A stretch of DNA of 64,000 nt from Mesotaenium endlicherianum. Lineage: Eukaryota. Position numbers and translations under genes: made by a program. Shown in pieces: positions 58,579-64,000 of the stretch (positions are counted from its first letter, which is position 1; each line of letters begins with the position of its first letter). The stretch is from assembly GCA_009602735.1 (NCBI GenBank), contig WELA01001939.1:959742-1023741 (forward strand), read 5' to 3'. Below the pieces are notes generated by a model. The model saw nothing but the letters and a program-made list of their open reading frames with translations, was not told the DNA's origin and did no database searches.

Positions 58579-59335
58579 ACAATGAAGATTGTGATAACCG
58601 CTCCGATACCACTGAAATGAATCGACTTACCAAATAGGCGATTAACAATTAATAAAGATCTTTATATCAGCAAGTAATCTTTATGGTATTTTCCGTTAAC
58701 TGGTTTAACGGCAAAGAACAACACACTAGCAGTGAATAATACTCGTCTGTCAAATGCGAGTAAACTAGCATCAATGATGCAAATCAGTAAACTCATACAT
58801 AAGCAAGGTTAGAAGACAGTGCGTATCAATGGCTTCTCGCGTTGGATTCGGATCTCTCTCGGTAAGCTGTACAAGAGAGTTGGCCTCGTTTCCGAATGCC
58901 GAACTCGAGAGCAATGCCTAGCATATGTACATGGAATGAGTTTTACTGTTCAACGGTCAGTGCGATGGCATCGCCTACCCGAGAGTTAACCACGTTGGTA
59001 GGACCTCGGTTAACCAAATCCACCGCCATCTCCCATCATTCCGAATTGCCATCCATCATAGGGATGTCATCTGGCCATTCATCTAGCCTACCACACTTGA
59101 ATGCATATCGAGGCAGTTCGCTGCTACCGAGTACGGAAGTCAGCTGGCTGTCAAAGAATGTGTCAGCAAGCTGACCTAAGTTGACTTCAGCCTGCTGCAT
59201 CCGGCTGAGTCATTAAACTGTTATTAAATATAAAGTCCAGCAAACTGATTATTTAACTAAAGTTCAACAGGCTGAACATTATTTACTATTACATCTAAAT
59301 GAATACTAAGTCAAGCAATATACTGATTCATTACA

Positions 59336-59440
59336 CCACGCCACTGCCTCTCTTGCCTTATCCCCCTCTCAACGTTGTCGACTCCTCGGTCGAGTTATGG
59401 ACATTCATGCTCTCACCTTGCTTTTCTCTGTCCTCCCTGT
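59336..59440 (+). pseudogene. C-terminal end (motif X) of the element X DNMT domain
   Basis: After the TSD it reads ATASLALSPSQRCRLLGRVMDIHALTLLF, comparable to DNMT3 motif X (RQRLLGRSW). Confidence 0.8.
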
Positions 59441-59608
59441 CCTGAACGCACGGCTTCCTGATCCTCTCCTTCACACTCCAGCCTACCCCTTGCCTGCTTT
59501 CGGCTGGGGGGGGGGAGTTCCGTCGGAATTTTCACGCCTGCATAGCAGTTACAGCCATCAGGTCCACCTCCCGACCCTTCTGCATCCAAACTTAAGGACG
59601 AGTGGGAC

Positions 59609-61811
59609 TTGGGCACACAGTTAACTAAGGAGGAAACCCTACAGTTCACTCAAATGCTGGAACGGAATGAGGCTTGTTTTGCACGTTCAGTCATGGATCT
59701 AGGACGGTGTATAATCTCTCAATTCACCATTGATCTTACTAGCAAAGGATCGGTTTTTTTGAGGGATTATTGTCACGCTAAGGTCAAACAAGATATTATG
59801 CGGGAGAAAGTCACAGAGTTGTTAAAGGTGGATATGATTGAGGAGTCAATGTCGGATTTTGCAGCCCCACTGTTATGCCTGCTAAGAAGGACGCAATGGG
59901 TAATTATACGGAAAAACGTATGTGTGGAGATTATCGGGGACTCAACCCTATTACAAAATTGGATCGCTACCCTATGCCCATGCCTGAGGATATCTTTGAT
60001 TTCCTTGAGGACGCCTGCGTCTTCAGTGTGTTCGACCTGCGGCAGGGGTTTAACCAAATCCTCATTGATCCTAAGGATAAACATAAGACAGCTTTTTGGG
60101 CAAATCGTCGTTTGTATCAGTGGAAAGTCATGCCGTTTGGGTTAAAGAACGCACCTGCCCGTTTCCAGCGCATTATGGACCGAGTGCTTAGTGGGTTGCC
60201 TTTTGCTTGTTGTCACATTGATGATGTGCTCATTTTTAGCCGTACCGTAGAGGAACACTTGACACATGTTGAACGGGTCCTACAATGCTTGAGGTATGGG
60301 GGTTTGAAGTGTCATCCAGGGAAATGTAAGATTGCGACCCTTTTCGTTCCTTACCTGGGCCACCATATCGTCCCTGAAGGGTTAAAGTCGCAGCAAGTTA
60401 AGGTCGATGCTATCCGACGACTACCAGTTCCGACGGATGTGTCTAGGTTGAGGGCCTACATGGGGATCACGGGGTATTATCGTCGTTTTGCCCTGATTTT
60501 AGTGCGATTGCTGCCCCTTTGAATGAACTCCTGAAGAAGGATGTGCCTTGGGAATGGACTGGGGAACGTCAAGTAGCTTTTGACAAATTGAAGGATATCC
60601 TATTCTCTTCTCCTATCTTGCGTAGACCAAACTACAGTAAGCCGTTTTCCCTTCACACTGATTGCAGTCATCTCGATTTGGGGGCCGTTCTTGCTCAGGA
60701 GGATGAGGAAAGTCATGAATATGTTGTTGCGTATGCCAGTCGTAGTAAAAACTATACCGTATGAAAGGGAATGCTTGGCTGCAGTATGGGCTGTAGTGCA
60801 CTTTTGTCCATACCTCTATGGTACTCATTTCACACTCATCACTAATCACCAACCCCTTAAATGGCTGATGACTAAGCAAAAACTCACGGGTAAACACGCA
60901 CGTTGGGCTCTCATACTTCAAGAGTACGATTTCACCATTGAACATAAGGCTGGGTTAAGTAACCAGGATGCGGATGGCCTTAGCCGCAACCCTAACCCCT
61001 TGGACGTTGATCTCACCGGGGCTCGTTTTGCCTCTAGCCAGCAAGTACATATCCTGCCAGCCTGGCATGCTGCCTATTATCTCGGTCTTCTTTCTACTCC
61101 TATTGGCGCATGTGCGGTCAGCCCGGTTGTCCTCCCGCATGCAGTGCCTGATGTGTGGTCTGATTCTGCTATGATGGAGTATTTGCGCACTCATACCTGG
61201 TCTTCTCCCCTCTCGTCGCGTGAACAAGACCGAGTTTTGCATCGTTGTGTTTGATATTACTGGTATGAGGGGACGTTGTAACGTGTCTTCCCTCACCACA
61301 CCCGAGTCATTCCACCCCCTCCTGAACGCATACCTCTTATTCGTAAAATCCATAAAGTGTCTGGGCAATTCTGAGTTAAACGCACGAGTTCTCTTCTGCA
61401 AACCGAGTTTTGGTGGGAGGGGTTGGTCGCTCAAGTCAACGATTTTGTTCGTTCATGCACGTCGTGTGACCGCGTTAAGAACACTTTCAATGCACTCGCC
61501 TCCGTTCTCAATCCTCTTCCCCTCCGTGGGCTTTTCTAACGATGGTCACTGGATTTGGCTGGGCCGTTACCCCTCTCTAAGTGTGGGATGCGCTACGTCC
61601 TTGTGATGATTGAGCACCTCACCAAGTGGATCGAGTTGGTGAGTATTCCTGATAAGTCCAGTGCCTACATTGCTAGAGCGTTCACGGAGCGAGTCCTATG
61701 TCGCTATGAGGCGTGTGCTGAGGTCCTCACTGATCAAGGGTCGGAGTTTCAGGGTGATTTGGCCGAGTTGCTTGATAAGTCATTTATTGATCATTGCACT
61801 ACCTCTCGAGA
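59609..61811 (+). pseudogene. RT, RNase H and partial integrase of element X, multiply frameshifted
   Basis: RMCGDYRGLN, MPFGLKNAPA, HIDD; LHTDCS, YASRS, ERECLAAVWAV; integrase WIELV...VLTDQGSEF, cut at 61812. Confidence 0.9.
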
Positions 61812-64000
61812 TGTAATGAATCAGTATATTGGTTGACCTAGTATTCATTTAAATAATACAATTAAATAAGTTCAGCCTGCTGAACTCTAGTTAATGATCA
61901 GTCTGCTGGACTTTATATTTACTATCAGTTTAATGACTCAGCCGGAAGCAGCAGGCTGATGTCAGCTTTAGTCAGCTTGCTGACACATTCTTTGACAGCC
62001 AGCTGACTTCCGTACTCGGTAGCAGCGAACTGCCTCGATATGCATCTAAGTGTGGTATGCTAGATGAATGGCCAGATGATATCCCTATGATGGATGGCGA
62101 TTCGGGATGATGGGAGATGGCGGTGGATTTGGTTAACCGAGGTCCTACCAACGTGGTTAACTCCCGGGTAGGCGGTGCCATCGCACTGACCGTTGAACAG
62201 TAAACTCATTCCATGTACATATGCTAGGCATTGCTCTCGAGTTCGGCATTCCGAAACAAGGCCAGCTCTCTTGTACAGCTGACTGCGAGAGATCTGAATC
62301 CAAGGCGAGAAACCATTGATACGCACTGTCTTCTAACCTTGCTTATGTATGAGTTTACTGATTTGCATTATTGATGCTGGTTTACTAGCATTTGACTTAC
62401 GAGTATCACTCCCTGCTAACGTGTTGTCCTTTGCCGTTTAACCAGTTAAAGAAAAATACCATAAAGATTACTTGCTGATATAAAGATCTCTATTAATTGT
62501 TCATCGCCTATTTGGTATGTCGATTCATTTCAGTGGTATCGGAGCGGTTATCACAATCTTCATTGTATGGTAAGGACAAGGTCTCAAACTAGCAACTCAC
62601 GAGACATGGAGAACCAGGATAACGAGAATGTCAAAAACTAGGCGGAAAGCCATGTAGCGGGAACCCGTACCTATTCTGAAGCAGTGGCAGATACTGCAGC
62701 TAGAGAGGCTGCAGATGAGGCAGCTGCTATTGCCGCAGTCGCAGCACAGCAAGCTGAGGAGGAGAGAGCCAGATTAGAAGCTGAACAAGTAGCAAAGGCC
62801 GCTGAAGATACAGAAAGGAGGGAAGGACAGCCAGCTGACGAGCGCACTGTTGAAGAACTTATGGCATCAAGGGCCAATGTTCTGAACCCACCTCCTGCTG
62901 TACAACTCAATGTACCCCTAGGTCAAATACGTGACCGGCTGAATGCGGCAGGAATTGCTGCTGCAGGAGCGAGAGGGACTGTTGAGGACACTACTCAGCG
63001 AGTAGATGCCAATGCTGCTGCTGCATTTGCTAGACTACCACCCCAGAGTGTAGACTTGGGAGCATTGTTCGTTCAAATGCAGTCGCAAATGGCGACCATG
63101 TATCAGTCCCAACAGGAGGACAAAAGAATCATAATGTCTCTCCTGCGGGACAGAGACCAATTGGGGTCTCAAACCACTAGTGGTGGTGGCCGGGGGCCTA
63201 GTAAGCCCAAGCCGAAACCTCCCCAGGAATATGATCCTGAGGGTAACAGAACATACTACCTGATCAAGTTTCTCGCTGATGTTNGGATGTTGAGCAGTGG
63301 CTCGAGAACTATCCAGAACTGCAAGATTACGAGAAGGTCAGGCACACCGGTGCGCTACTGAAAGGCAGTGCCGCAGACTGGTGGCTTTACTGGAAGGGAG
63401 AGCGTAAGGCTCGGCAACTCGGTGACCCTACGTGGGTAGAGTTTGTCGAGAAGTTGCATGAGAAGTTTGATGTCATCAACCAGCAGGAGAAAGCTATCTA
63501 TGCGATGATCTCCCTGACACTGAAGCAGACCACTTCAGTTGCTGAGTTTGCTCAAAAGTTCCAGGAGAACATGTTGAAGCAGCCAGACTTGCCAGAACGG
63601 TATAGGATAGCATACTTCACGTATGGCTTGAAATCCGAGGTCTCTGGTCATTTTGCTGAGAAAAAGTATGAGAAACTGGCTGACTTGATCCAGGATGCTG
63701 ACGCCTGGGATCAGCAGCAGTTCAATCACAAGCGCCAGAGTAATGCTTTGGTGTCTAAGATTGTCAAAAAGCCCCACGGTTCCTACAATGCAGTTGAAGG
63801 AGACCAGGCTGAGGATAATCAGGGTGATGAATATGAGTATGAGTATAATGCCATTCAGTCTAGAGGTAGANCATACAGTCTAGAGGTAGAGGTGGTTTCC
63901 CTCGAGGCGGCTATGGAAGAGGTGGTGGTAGGACTAAGCCGAGACCAGCCTCAGCAAAATCGATTTGCTTCCATTGCCACCAGCCAGGTCACTTCAGAGA
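61812..64000 (+). mobile_element. Chromovirus family A copy A4 (5' LTR 61812-62532, PBS, gag from 62567 with TAG at 62639); runs off the window
   Basis: 721-bp TG...CA LTR, GTGGTATCGGAGCGG, gag homologous to A1-A3; predicted TSD CGAGA (61807-61811). Confidence 0.92.

Larger units (their letters stand above)
50382..59335 (-). mobile_element. Chromovirus family A copy A3 (LTRs 58613-59335 and 50382-51103) inserted inside the DNMT domain
   Basis: TSD CCACG at 50377-50381 and 59336-59340; PBS, gag, pol, variant ORF3 and PPT all present. Confidence 0.95.
20113..61811 (+). mobile_element. Element X: decayed Ty3/Gypsy retrotransposon, gag-PR-DNMT-RT-RH-INT, split by three family-A insertions (X segments about 20113-24905, 48429-50381, 59336-61811; remainder beyond the window)
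   Basis: Segments rejoin across TSDs GCTCC and CCACG; domain order is Gypsy-type. The 5' boundary and LTR limits are uncertain. Confidence 0.8.

Noticed and set aside
31600..63871. Frameshifts and short duplications at single N bases (31600, 31779, 38395, 58548, 63284, 63871)
   Set aside because: Each N is flanked by a short duplicated overlap, typical of scaffold joins; treated as assembly artefacts.

Overview
Eukaryotic genomic window, most likely a streptophyte green alga or early-diverging plant (inferred from RPS3, the snoRNA guides and the chromovirus/tRNA-iMet primer sites). 0-17 kb holds the first exon of a putative sphingosine-kinase-like gene (minus strand), a near-perfect 742-bp inverted repeat enclosing nested solo LTRs and (CT)n tracts, and a 6-exon RPS3 gene. 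RPS3 intron 2 carries seven 200-bp tandem copies of an apparent dual-guide box C/D snoRNA, predicted to target the 25S rRNA sites equivalent to yeast Gm2619 and Am876. 17.6-64 kb is a nested transposon stack that can be ordered from target-site duplications. A PIF/Harbinger element is interrupted by an old Ty3/Gypsy element ('X') that encodes a DNMT3-like C5-cytosine methyltransferase between protease and RT. X is split by three copies of chromovirus family A (720-bp LTRs, -1 frameshift signal, extra unknown ORF3 after pol). One of these itself holds a fourth A copy and an apparently intact family-B chromovirus. All family and homology calls are by motif recognition; no database search was run.
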